NCBI GenBank assembly: GCA_964580875.1
Contig: CAZOMG010000017.1
Coordinates: 1 to 64,000, forward strand
DNA length: 64,000 nucleotides
Reading direction: 5' to 3'
DNA from: an uncultured bacterium
GTDB lineage: Bacteria > Muiribacteriota > Ozemobacteria > Ozemobacterales > Ozemobacteraceae
Shown in pieces: positions 34,937 through 45,000 of the stretch; the stretch's first letter is position 1, and the number at the start of each line of letters is the position of its first letter. The position numbers were made by a program, and so were the translations under genes. Below the pieces are notes generated by a model. It did not search any database, was not told where the DNA came from, and was given only the letters and a program-made list of their open reading frames with translations.

Positions 34937-37294
34937 ATGAGCAACGAAAAATTCGCTGATGCCTGGTTCAAATGGGGTGCCGGTTTTATTGTTCGCCGGC
35001 GTCGCCTGCTGTTTTTGGCGCTTGTTATCGTTTCGTTCTGCGGTCTGATATTTTCGCGCAATATCAATCTTGATAACAGCCTCGAACTCTGGTTTCTCGA
35101 AGGCGACCCGGCCCTTGAAGCCTACAATGAGTTCAAAAAGAAATATGGCAACGATGAAGTCATTCTCGCCATGGTTGACTGCACGAAAGATGGCATGTTC
35201 TCGCCGGCGATGCTCTCTGCCATTTATAAGGCATCGAAAGAAATTGAAGACGATACAAAGAATTTTAAAAGGGTTTTGAGTGTCGGTCTGTCGCCCTACA
35301 TCGGCCTCAATGGCAATGATCTGACCATTGAGGATATGATGAAAGGGCCGGTTAATACTATTGAAGAAGCCGAAGAAATCAAGCGCCGCTTCAATGATGA
35401 CCCATTCAAACGGCGAATTCTGCAAAATGCCAGTTCGACCTGGGCAATCATTATTGCCGAGCCGGTCGCTACGCCAGACATGGATGTTCGCCGCCCCGAA
35501 ATTATCGAGGCGATGCGTAGCCGGTTAGCGGGTTTCAATTTTCGCCTGGCTGGTATGGGTGTCATGTATAATGAGCTTAACCGGCTCAGTGTCCAGGATG
35601 GCGTTGTTTTCAACGCGGTCGCTTACGTGGCGATTGCCGCCATGGTTTTTATTCTCTACCGTTCCTGGGTTTTTCTGCTGATGGCCCTGGGCGCCATGTT
35701 TTTCAGCGGTCTCGGCTTTCTGGGTTTCTACGGGTTGTTCGGGCAGAACTTCAATATGGTCACCATTGTTCTGCCTACTCTGATGATGATCTTGTCGGTT
35801 TCTGATGTCGCCTACGCTTATAATAACTACTGTTATAACTCAGCCCACGTCAGAAAAAACCGCGAAGAAGGCCTCGAACACGTATTCTACGAGGTTCTCT
35901 CACCATGCCTCTTCACCTCGCTGACCAATGCAGCCGGTTTTCTGGCACTGGTGACCAGCCCGCTCCAGGTTCTCAGGGTGTTTGGTCTATTTGCTGCCTT
36001 TGCCTGCCTCGCCGAATATATCGTTTCGATGGTTGTTTCGGCATTTCTACTTGGCCGGGTCGATCTTAAAGAAGATGTTCAGATCAGAAGGCCTTTCGAA
36101 GGCCCGGTTGACTGGTGGATGCAGCGAATGCCGCGTTATTACATGCACATTATGGTAATCACTTTTATTCTGACAGTGCTTTCAATATACGGTATTACCA
36201 AATTGCAGGTCGATACCTACTCAATGGGCTTTCTACAGGAACAGAATGCCATCAGAGTTGACAGCGATGCCGTTGAAGCTACTTACGGCAACTATCTGCC
36301 CCTAGAGGTTCGACTGCTGACCGGTGAAAAGGATGGCGTCAAAAAGGTCGAATTTCTCAGACGACTCGAGCAGACCCTCAGCGATCTCGTCGCGGTTCCA
36401 GGGGTCGAAAAACCGGCCTCTATTCTTGACGTGCTCAAAAAGATGAATCAGGTAATGAGTACCGGCGATATGGCACAGACCTATGTGGTGCCGGCCAGTG
36501 ATGAGGCGGTCAGCCAGTTGCTGATGCTCTATGAATCTGATCCTGATAACGATCTCGAATACATGACCGATAACCCTGATTATACTGAAGCGCGTTTGAC
36601 GGTGCGGGTTCCGATGATCAGTGCCGCCGGTCTGTATGAATTTGAAGAAAAGGCCAGCCGGATTCTCGAAAAGAACTTTGCCGGCAGCAAAACCACCTGG
36701 AAATTCGGCGGCTATGTACCCCTTTATGCCCGCATCATCACCTATGTTACCTGGAGCCAGATCAGCAGTTTTGCCACCGCTTTTGTTTTTGTTTTCGGGG
36801 CCATTTTTATTCTGTTCAGGCGCCTGAAGGCAATGACGCTGATAATTCTGCCGAATATTTTCCCGATTATCTTTACTCTTGGTTTCATGGGCATAACCGG
36901 CCTGAAGCTTGATATTGCAACGGTTACCATCGCTGCTATTGCCATGGGTATTGTGGTTGATGACTCTATTCATGCGCTGTACCTGTTTTATGATCCATCG
37001 CGGTCGAAGTTTGCCCCGGTTGAAGCTGTGGTCGATGGCATAAGAGAAGCTGGCCCGGCAATCGTTTCGACCTCGCTGATTTATTCGATCGGCTTTCTCT
37101 TTATGGTTTTTGCCAGCATCAAATCAGTTATATATTTTGGCCTGCTGCTGTCGCTGACCATCATTGTGGCTCTGGTATGCGAGGTGACGATCATGCCCGC
37201 CCAGGTCTGCCTGTTGCACCGGTTTCTCTCGTCTGATTTCGCTTCTGGCAAAGAAACAGCCGTTCCTGCGCCTGAAGAAAACAGCAAAGGGTAG
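34937..37294 (+). CDS. MMPL/RND-superfamily exporter (two 6-TM bundles, each followed by a periplasmic domain)
   Basis: 785 aa with TM clusters at about residues 15-35 and 230-400, and again at about 420 and 600-780. This is the typical MMPL/HpnN-like exporter topology. Confidence 0.7.
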   Translation: MSNEKFADAWFKWGAGFIVRRRRLLFLALVIVSFCGLIFSRNINLDNSLELWFLEGDPALEAYNEFKKKYGNDEVILAMVDCTKDGMFSPAMLSAIYKASKEIEDDTKNFKRVLSVGLSPYIGLNGNDLTIEDMMKGPVNTIEEAEEIKRRFNDDPFKRRILQNASSTWAIIIAEPVATPDMDVRRPEIIEAMRSRLAGFNFRLAGMGVMYNELNRLSVQDGVVFNAVAYVAIAAMVFILYRSWVFLLMALGAMFFSGLGFLGFYGLFGQNFNMVTIVLPTLMMILSVSDVAYAYNNYCYNSAHVRKNREEGLEHVFYEVLSPCLFTSLTNAAGFLALVTSPLQVLRVFGLFAAFACLAEYIVSMVVSAFLLGRVDLKEDVQIRRPFEGPVDWWMQRMPRYYMHIMVITFILTVLSIYGITKLQVDTYSMGFLQEQNAIRVDSDAVEATYGNYLPLEVRLLTGEKDGVKKVEFLRRLEQTLSDLVAVPGVEKPASILDVLKKMNQVMSTGDMAQTYVVPASDEAVSQLLMLYESDPDNDLEYMTDNPDYTEARLTVRVPMISAAGLYEFEEKASRILEKNFAGSKTTWKFGGYVPLYARIITYVTWSQISSFATAFVFVFGAIFILFRRLKAMTLIILPNIFPIIFTLGFMGITGLKLDIATVTIAAIAMGIVVDDSIHALYLFYDPSRSKFAPVEAVVDGIREAGPAIVSTSLIYSIGFLFMVFASIKSVIYFGLLLSLTIIVALVCEVTIMPAQVCLLHRFLSSDFASGKETAVPAPEENSKG

Positions 37295-37319
37295 ACAATT
37301 CTGGCAGAAGAGTTATAAT
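37292..37319 (+). promoter_or_regulatory. putative sigma70 promoter (TAGACA-16-TATAAT) for the DUF4178/DUF350/SpeE cluster
   Basis: -35-like TAGACA at 37292-37297 and -10 TATAAT at 37314-37319. It lies 35 nt upstream of the ATG at 37354. Confidence 0.35.
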
Positions 37320-37353
37320 ATTATTATGAAATAATCTGCCGGGGGGTGTGAGG

Positions 37354-37962
37354 ATGGCCGTAACTCTAACCTGTCCTTCTTGTGGCAACCAGATCACTCA
37401 GATCACCAGGTCGCCGCAGATTCTTGTGTGCCCGGCCTGCAATACCACAAGCTTTTTGCAGAACGGCAAGCTCGAAGATGTTGGCAAATCAGCGATTTTG
37501 ACCGATATCCCGAGTATTTTCAAGATCGGCAAGATGTTTCGCCACAAAGACTGGCGTTTTACCCCCGTTGGGCGTGTCAGATACGACTATGGTGACGGCT
37601 GGTGGGATGAATGGTTCGTTAGAAGCGACAACGGCAAAGAAAGCTGGGTTTCGGTCGATGAGGGCGAAATAGCCATAGAAACCCTCGTTCAAGATAAACT
37701 CAACGTGCCCCCCTTCGATAAGCTTTCGGTGGGCGGGGTTCTGGTTATCAATCGCATTCGCATGACCGTCATCGAAAAAAATACCTGCACGATGATAGGT
37801 GCTCAGGGCGAACTCCCATTCCGCATCATCCCAGGCGAAACATATGGCTACATTGACCTTCTTGGCCAGAAACGCGCTTCTTTCACAATTGAATACCAGG
37901 CCGGCGGCATCGAGTGCTACAAAGGCGTCTGGATCGACCCGTTCGAGATTCAAGAGGTTTAA
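37354..37962 (+). CDS. zinc-ribbon + DUF4178-like protein (soluble paralog)
   Basis: The N-terminal run 'CPSCGNQITQ…VCPACNT' forms a four-Cys ribbon. It is followed by a ~150-aa beta-rich domain containing '…WVSVDEGE'. I preferred the ATG at 37354 over the GTG at 37348. Confidence 0.55.
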   Translation: MAVTLTCPSCGNQITQITRSPQILVCPACNTTSFLQNGKLEDVGKSAILTDIPSIFKIGKMFRHKDWRFTPVGRVRYDYGDGWWDEWFVRSDNGKESWVSVDEGEIAIETLVQDKLNVPPFDKLSVGGVLVINRIRMTVIEKNTCTMIGAQGELPFRIIPGETYGYIDLLGQKRASFTIEYQAGGIECYKGVWIDPFEIQEV

Positions 37963-37965
37963 TTT

Positions 37966-39264
37966 ATGGCACAGGCAGTAGCAAAACCGGCTCTCAGAGC
38001 CTTAAAATGTACTCAGTGCGGCGGTTCAATTGAACTGCGCGGTGGCCATAACGTCAGATCAATCGTTTGTCAGTATTGTGGCTCGTGCCTTGACGCTAAA
38101 GACGAATTCAAACTGCTGCATAAATTTGTTAATAACAAACGGCCGTATATGCCCATTAAAATTGGTGCTTCCGGCAAGCTCAGAGGGGTGATGTTCACGG
38201 TAATCGGCGCTCTTCAATACGAAGAACGCGAAGAAGGTGAAGTCTATCACTGGCTCGAATACCTCATGTTCTCGCCAACCCACGGCTATGTCTATCTCTG
38301 CTACGAAGATGGCCACTGGGTGCTGGTGCACGAAGTTAAAGATCTGCCCGAGACCCCGGTAGAACTTTTCAGCCCCCGCAAGACAAAATTCAAGGTCCGC
38401 GATAAGAGTTTCAAGGTCTTCGAAAGCTCCGGCGCCCAGATTTCCTACGTCGAAGGCGAACTGACCTGGCTGGCCAAGCAGGGCGAAAAGATCATGTATC
38501 TTGATGCTGTCTGCCCGCCTTACATGTATTCAATTGAGCAGCGCGGCTCCGAACAGGAATTCTTCTGGGGCGAATACATCAGCCCGGCCGAAATGAACGA
38601 AGCTTTCCGCATCGAAAATATCGAGCCGGCCTCGGTTTTTTGCTGCCAGCCCATGTTGGTCAGCCCTTTGTTTGAAGCTTTTTCCAAAGGGGCGCTGGCG
38701 GCTTCGGTTCTCGCCCTGATTATGTATTTTATGATTTCCAGCAATGGCAGAACTGTCTTTCAGCAAAACTTTACCAATCAGTTGTTCGCTGACGGTGAGA
38801 CTTCAAAAGAGTTCAAAGTTGATTCCCCGGGCACTCTTTATGGCATAACCGTCCAAACCCCCAACCTTAAGAACGCCTGGTCGTTCTTCGATGTCAGGGT
38901 TGTAGATCGTGACGAGACGAATCAGTTGTTCACCATGCCGACCGCACTCTCTTACTATGAGGGTTACGAAGATGGCGAATACTGGTCAGAAGGCGAAACC
39001 GAGGTCGTTTCGTATTTCAGGGTCCCTGAAACCGGTGAATTCAAGCTCGCTATTGATGGTGAGGGTGGTACCGGTGAAGAACCGGCCCCTAATTTTTCTC
39101 TTGGAAATGTTGCCGTTACGATTCGCAAGGGCGTCAGGCTCGGGCATTACACACTCAGCTGGTTTGTACTCTGCCTGTTGCTTGCCGCTCCTTATGCCAT
39201 CAAGTATCTGCGTTTTGAGCAGGCTCGCTGGCACTCAGATGACGACGATGAGGATGACGACTGA
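37966..39264 (+). CDS. zinc-ribbon + DUF4178-like protein with C-terminal TM helix and poly-acidic tail
   Basis: 'LKCTQCGGSIE…VCQYCGSCLD' is a Zn ribbon, followed by a DUF4178-like domain ('HWLEYLMFSPTHGYVYLCYEDGHWVLV'). A second beta-rich domain follows. The TM helix reads 'LSWFVLCLLLAAPYAIKYL' and the tail ends 'SDDDDEDDD'. Confidence 0.55.
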   Translation: MAQAVAKPALRALKCTQCGGSIELRGGHNVRSIVCQYCGSCLDAKDEFKLLHKFVNNKRPYMPIKIGASGKLRGVMFTVIGALQYEEREEGEVYHWLEYLMFSPTHGYVYLCYEDGHWVLVHEVKDLPETPVELFSPRKTKFKVRDKSFKVFESSGAQISYVEGELTWLAKQGEKIMYLDAVCPPYMYSIEQRGSEQEFFWGEYISPAEMNEAFRIENIEPASVFCCQPMLVSPLFEAFSKGALAASVLALIMYFMISSNGRTVFQQNFTNQLFADGETSKEFKVDSPGTLYGITVQTPNLKNAWSFFDVRVVDRDETNQLFTMPTALSYYEGYEDGEYWSEGETEVVSYFRVPETGEFKLAIDGEGGTGEEPAPNFSLGNVAVTIRKGVRLGHYTLSWFVLCLLLAAPYAIKYLRFEQARWHSDDDDEDDD

Positions 39265-39446
39265 TGAATAAAATGGTATTAATGTTTGCCGGCGTCTTTA
39301 CGATGGTAACTGTTTTGGCAATTGCAACTGACTATCTGCGCCCCGAGGGCTATTCGACCACCCCGTCCGTAAAAAAAGAAAAGAATATCCGCGAACGCAG
39401 TGTCTACATGAATGGCACTCATCGCGGTTTCATGCATGGCAAGTAA
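39264..39446 (+). CDS. small single-TM protein (60 aa)
   Basis: ATGA overlap with the upstream stop. The translation starts 'MNKMVLMFAGVFTMVTVLAIATDYL…'. Confidence 0.4.
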   Translation: MNKMVLMFAGVFTMVTVLAIATDYLRPEGYSTTPSVKKEKNIRERSVYMNGTHRGFMHGK

Positions 39447-39498
39447 TTATCTGCCGCAGTTATTGCAGCAAAATCAATAAAACTGGAGCATAGACAAC

Positions 39499-39723
39499 AT
39501 GGGAAACAATATTGCAGACCTTTCGACGGGTCCGATTCTATCGACGATCGTTTATTCGATTATCGGCCTGGTAATTTATATGATAGCTTTCTGGCTCATC
39601 TGCAAAATTTCACCGTTTTCAGTGCGCAAAGAAATCGAAATTGATCAGAACACCTCGCTTGGCATTATCATCGGTTCAGTAATGATCGGTCTGTCAATCA
39701 TCATCGCATCATCGATGCATTGA
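39499..39723 (+). CDS. DUF350-family small membrane protein (YjfL-like)
   Basis: 74 aa with two TM helices: '…STIVYSIIGLVIYMIAFWLI…' and '…LGIIIGSVMIGLSIIIASSM'. RBS GGAG. Confidence 0.55.
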   Translation: MGNNIADLSTGPILSTIVYSIIGLVIYMIAFWLICKISPFSVRKEIEIDQNTSLGIIIGSVMIGLSIIIASSMH

Positions 39724-39868
39724 ACGACTTTTCTCTGTTAACCGGGCGGGCGGCCTGTTAATTATCCAGAAATAGCGAAAGTCATTTTAGAGCAGCAGCG
39801 AAATTCCCAGATGGTCAGTCTGTTTGATTGCCCGGCTGGTTGCGTTTCAATGACGGAAGGTTACAGCA

Positions 39869-41410
39869 TTGCAGGTATTTCTTCTCGCGGCGGTCTTTTT
39901 TATTGCCGTCTGTGGTCTTGTTTATCAACTTCTCGCCGGTACTATATCCAGTTACCTGGTCGGTGACTCTGTTTACCAGTTTTCTCTGGTAATCGGCCTG
40001 TTCATGAGTTCAATGGGGCTGGGGTCTTTTTTGTCGCGATTTATCAACGACCGGTTGCATGACTGGTTTGTTTTTGTGGAAATTATGACCGGCATGGCTG
40101 GCGGGCTAAGTTCAATCATTTTGTTTGTTGCTTTTGCCCAGATAGAGAATTATACGCCATTTCTGCTGCTGGTCTCAATCACGATCGGCACACTGATTGG
40201 CCTTGAATTGCCGATCATTCTTCGCATCGTCAAAGAACACAATACCCTCAAAATTGTCGTTTCTAATGTCATGACCGCTGATTACGCCGGTGCCTTGTTT
40301 GCTTCGCTGCTTTTCCCGCTGGTACTGGTGCCGCAGCTCGGTCTGGTTCGAACCAGCTTGATGTTTGGTCTGATGAATGTTGCGGTGGCCACAGCGGCTA
40401 TTCATGTGTTTCGCGACCGGTTGACTTCGCGAAATAATCTGCTGCTGCTGGCAACGACCGGTATGCTGCTGCTCGCCACCTGTTTTGCCTATGCTGACCG
40501 CATTTCGAGCTATGCCGAAGATACCCTCTACAAAGACGACGTTATTTATGCGGCGACTTCGCCTTATCAGCGGGTTGTAGTTACGAGAACCCGCAATGAT
40601 GTGCGCATGTTTATCAATGGTAGCATTCAGTTCAGCAGTCAGGACGAATACCGTTACCACGAGGCTCTGGTGCTGCCTGCCATGTCGGCGGCCCATTCCC
40701 GTCGGAATGTTCTGGTTATAGGTGGTGGCGATGGGCTGGCGGCTCGTGAAATCTTTAAATTCAGCGATGTTGAGCACCTGACCGTTGTTGATATCGACCC
40801 GGCCATCACCAATTTTGCCCGCGATAACCTGTTGATGCGAGAACTCAACAAGAACTCACTGCGTGATACCCGTACCCGCATCGTCAACGAAGACGCCTGG
40901 AAATATCTTGAGAGCGCCCCTGATATGTATGATGTAGTCATTATTGATCTGCCAGACCCCGATGATCTGTCGTTGAGCCGCCTTTATTCGAAAACTTTTT
41001 ATCGACTGCTGGCGCAGAAGTTAGCCCGGGGCGGCAAAATCGTCACGCAGGCAACTTCGCCGCTCTATTCCCACAAGGCTTTCTGGTGCATTCACAACAC
41101 TCTGGCCCAGATCGAAAACCCGCTCGTTAAATCCGAAAATGCCTCAGAAACCATTTTTTTGCAGCCCGAAGCTTATCATTGCTACGTTCCATCATTTGGC
41201 AGCTGGGGGTTTGTAATGGCCTCAAACACCCCGTTTAACTGGCAGAACATCGAGGTGCGGGTGCCGGCAAGATTCGTTAACAGCGATTACCTAAAGGTAA
41301 TGAACCGGTTTCCGTCTGATATTGCCCGCGTAGATACCGAAATCAATTCAATCGATACTCATATCGTCAGAACCTACTACGAAGAAGGCTGGGATAAATG
41401 GTCGCTTTAA
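39869..41410 (+). CDS. membrane-anchored spermidine/spermine synthase-like aminopropyltransferase (N-terminal ~7-TM domain + SpeE catalytic domain)
   Basis: TTG start with GGAAGG RBS. There are ~200 aa of TM helices, then 'VLVIGGGDGLAAREI…VVDIDPAIT…VIIDLPDPDD', which are the SpeE-type Rossmann and Asp motifs. Confidence 0.75.
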   Translation: MQVFLLAAVFFIAVCGLVYQLLAGTISSYLVGDSVYQFSLVIGLFMSSMGLGSFLSRFINDRLHDWFVFVEIMTGMAGGLSSIILFVAFAQIENYTPFLLLVSITIGTLIGLELPIILRIVKEHNTLKIVVSNVMTADYAGALFASLLFPLVLVPQLGLVRTSLMFGLMNVAVATAAIHVFRDRLTSRNNLLLLATTGMLLLATCFAYADRISSYAEDTLYKDDVIYAATSPYQRVVVTRTRNDVRMFINGSIQFSSQDEYRYHEALVLPAMSAAHSRRNVLVIGGGDGLAAREIFKFSDVEHLTVVDIDPAITNFARDNLLMRELNKNSLRDTRTRIVNEDAWKYLESAPDMYDVVIIDLPDPDDLSLSRLYSKTFYRLLAQKLARGGKIVTQATSPLYSHKAFWCIHNTLAQIENPLVKSENASETIFLQPEAYHCYVPSFGSWGFVMASNTPFNWQNIEVRVPARFVNSDYLKVMNRFPSDIARVDTEINSIDTHIVRTYYEEGWDKWSL

Positions 41411-41423
41411 CAATGGCAAGCCT

Positions 41424-41789
41424 ATGAAAACCCCAGATTCGATCCATATTATCGCCGATTTCAGCGGTTGCCCGGCTGACCTTTTGCAATTCAGCAGTCA
41501 GGGCGAAGAAATTCTCAAAAAGACCATCGAAAAGAGCGCCCTCAGTTGTGTCATGCTCATGTCGCATCAGTTCGCGCCGGTGGGTTATACCGCGGCGGCC
41601 CTGCTCACCGAATCACATATAACGCTGCATACCTGGCCCGAGTTCTCGGCGGTGCAGATCGATATTTTTACCTGCGGCAGCCATGATAAAGCTCGACTGG
41701 CCTTCAGTGAACTGCAGAACATTTTCAGCCCGACCCGGATTGCCGAAAAAACTCTTTTCCGCCGTCTCAGCAGTCTCGTAGAAGATTGA
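41424..41789 (+). CDS. speH: S-adenosylmethionine decarboxylase proenzyme, class 1A (SpeH/SpeD-type)
   Basis: 121 aa containing '…LLTESHITLHTWPE…', the self-cleavage Glu-Ser site that yields the pyruvoyl group. Confidence 0.8.
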   Translation: MKTPDSIHIIADFSGCPADLLQFSSQGEEILKKTIEKSALSCVMLMSHQFAPVGYTAAALLTESHITLHTWPEFSAVQIDIFTCGSHDKARLAFSELQNIFSPTRIAEKTLFRRLSSLVED

Positions 41790-41879
41790 CCAGTCTGCCT
41801 GCCGGTAAGTTTTTCGAGTTGCATTTTTTTAAAAAAACACATAAGCTGTACAGCGCGGTTCGAAACAACGGAGGATAAT

Positions 41880-42035
41880 ATGAGAAAATGGGAAAACTAC
41901 ATCTATGGCTTCACCGGCGCCGCTCTCGGCGCTCTGGGGTTTCTTTTTCTCATTCTCGGCGCTGGCTGTCTGCTTGGTTCTTTTGCGGCGGTCGTCGTAA
42001 CCATTAAGAAACAAACGGGTTTTCAGCTGTTCTGA
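41880..42035 (+). CDS. small hydrophobic protein (51 aa, below the ORF-track threshold)
   Basis: The ATG at 41880 is preceded by RBS GGAGG at 41870-41874. The translation is 'MRKWENYIYGFTGAALGALGFLFLILGAGCLLGSFAAVVVTIKKQTGFQLF' with two TM helices. Confidence 0.3.
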   Translation: MRKWENYIYGFTGAALGALGFLFLILGAGCLLGSFAAVVVTIKKQTGFQLF

Positions 42036-42052
42036 ATTCTCAGGCTGAATGA

Positions 42053-45000
42053 ATGCTAGAACTATCTGATATCTTTCGTATGCTGCCGGGGTACTATATC
42101 TTTATCGGTGGTATCTGCCTGGTGGTAATTGGTGCTTTGCTGAAGGCCGGTGCCCCTTTTGCCCGCGACAGAACCAGTCTCAATTGGCTGGTGACGGCAC
42201 TGATTGCCCTGGGGCTTGGGCGAATTTTCATGGCGTTTACTACGCTGCTGCCTGACAGAGTTTTTTTTCTTTTCGAGGCGGTCGCACGCATTGTAGCCAC
42301 ACACGCGTTTCTTGAGTTCGCACGACAGGTGCTTGCCACGCATATCTGCAACGCATTGCAGGTGCATCTGCCTCTTGCGACTGCTTTAATAAGTCTTTAT
42401 GCCTTGTCAGCCGGTCGAGCCTCGCCATCATTGCTGGTGGTTATGTCGTTGGTGAGGCTGCTGGCCTGTTGGGCCGGAATCAAGTTCGCCAGTCGGCTGC
42501 CGCCCGAGAGTCGACGCTTTGGCATCGCCGCTTTCATTGTGGCCATACCGATGATTTTGGTGCAGGGTGTGTTGCATCTGGTGATGGCCAATGCTGGCAT
42601 TGGTTTTTCTCAGATTACTGAGAAATGGTTGCTGAAGTTCTATTTTGATCTGGCATCCCTCGGCGTGATAATGATTCTGGTGCTGCTGGCAGGTTTTGCC
42701 CGTGAAAAAGCCCATAAACTGTCATCGCCGGCTGTTCAGTACATTCCGGCGGCTATTGCACTGGCGATCATGGCGGTTACGGTTTTTGGTTTGCACTTAA
42801 GCCACCAGGTGGCTCTGAATAATTTTAACAACAGTAAGGCCCGTCTTGAACAGGCAGTGCAAAGTCTGGGCAAAATTGTCGATCAGCGTATTGCTTTTGT
42901 ATCGACTGCTTCGGCTATTCTGGCGGCCGCGCCAATCATGTCTGGTTACCTCGCCAATCCTGATGCCGATAATTTTCGCCGTTTGAACCATTTCATCGAG
43001 GCTTTTTCTCAGAGAAACCCAGGTTCGATCTGCTATATCATGAACGATTCTGGTCTGGTTAAGGCGGCTTCTGATCTTAAGCAACTTTTTATTGGCAAAG
43101 ACCTGAGTTTTCGCAGGTATTTTCAAGATTCCATGACCGGAAAATATTCATTGCAGGCTGATGTCGGGGTTTTAACCAATACCCTGGGCTTCTATGCGGG
43201 TTCTCCAATCCGCAAAGATGAAAATGGCCCGGTTATCGGCGTCTGTGCAGTTAAACGTAATCTCGATGACCTTGACCAGACCTTTAAAATGTATCATCCT
43301 GCAATGCTCATCGATGCCTCAGGTACCGTAATTCTTGCTAGCAATCGGTCGCTGCTCGGCACCAGTCTGCCATCACTGGCTGGCATCTCTTCAACAGTTA
43401 AACCCTTTGCCGAAACGAAAGTCGATCTTCCGGGTATTGACGCAAATCAATATTTATTTGGGCTTGCCACCCTTGAGCTTTTGAATTGCCGAATGATCAT
43501 GCTGCTTCCTTCTGATGCCGGTTTTAACCAGTCCTGGGTCTTTTCGATAATTCTGTTGATTGTTATCGTTTTTCTTGCGGTTTTGAGCAGTTTCACCAGG
43601 CATATCGAGTCGGTGCGTTCAATTGAAGCGGCTCAGAATCACTTCAAAGCCCTTTTTGAAAACGCCCCCGAAAGCATTCTGGTAGTTTCAGTGCCCGGCT
43701 TGAAAGTTGTTGAGGCCAATCAGAGCATGTTGCGGCAGTTTCAGTTGCAGGCTCTGCCAGTCGGTCTCTTATACCCTGCCCTGATGCCTCAGGGAAGACT
43801 CAAAATTACCAATGCCTGGCACAGCGTCTCAAAACAGATGTTCAAGCATCAACGTGAGTTTCGCAAACAGGGGGGCGAGATTTTTTTTGCTGAGGTTATT
43901 GGTTCAGTCATAGATTTTAACGGCGAAAAATCGCTGCTGCTGATTCTTCATGACATAACCGTTCACCATGAAGTCGAAAATCGCCTGCGCGAAGCAAAAA
44001 ATGCCGCCGAAGAAGCAAATTCGCTTAAAGCGCGATTTTTTGCCAATGCCAGTCACGAAATCCGCACACCGATGACCGCGATTATTGGCCTGACTGAACT
44101 TGCTGTTGATGCATGCCAGGAAGAAAAGCTGAAACGTCTCATTGAATTGATACGCACTTCAAGCAAGGCGATGCTGACCCTGCTGAATGATATTCTTGAA
44201 CTCGCTCAGATCGAGTCGGGAAAACTCGCTATCAATCCGGTGCAGTTTAATCTGCCACTGCTGCTGCATGATCTGATCGAGATTATCAGGTTCCAGGCAG
44301 AGAAAAACGCTGTCAGGGCTGAGCTCAAGGTTGCTGCCACTATCCCAGAAATCGTGATTGCCGACCCTGACCGCATCAGACAGATCCTTCTTAACCTTCT
44401 TGCCAACGCGGTCCGCTTTACCCGACATGGGGTAATAAGCCTGACTGCCGATCTTTCAACTGACAGAAACGGCCATTATTCAGTTGATTTTATGGTTTCA
44501 GACACTGGAATGGGAATTTCGGATGAAATGAAGCGCAATCTTTTTGGTGCCTTCGTTTTTAATGACCCCTTTGTCAAAAATGATGCCCAGAACGGCAATC
44601 TTGGCTTGTCAATCAGCAAACAGCTGATCGATCTGATGGGCGGCAGCATCAATGTTGACAGCCGACCCGGCGAGGGCACCACCTTTCGGGTTTCCATTCC
44701 GGTTGCCTGCAAGGATATTGCCACTCCCGGTGTGCATGCAAGCCCCTTGCTGAATTTAGAACTCATCAGAGATGGTCGGCCCCTGCATTTTCTCATTGCT
44801 GACGACAATGATATCAACCTGTTTCTGGCCAGTTCGATCATCGAAAGATTCAAGGGCACCTCGCAGTGCGTCAATGATGGAGTTGAGGTTCTTGAAGCCG
44901 TTGGCAAAAGCTCTTATGATGCCATACTGCTCGATATTCAGATGCCCCGCCTCGACGGCATTGCCACTCTGAAAGAATTACAGAAAACCACTGCTGCATC

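Noticed and set aside
36302-36973. 223-aa minus-strand ORF inside the MMPL gene
   Set aside because: Antisense to a confident 785-aa transporter gene, with no motif.
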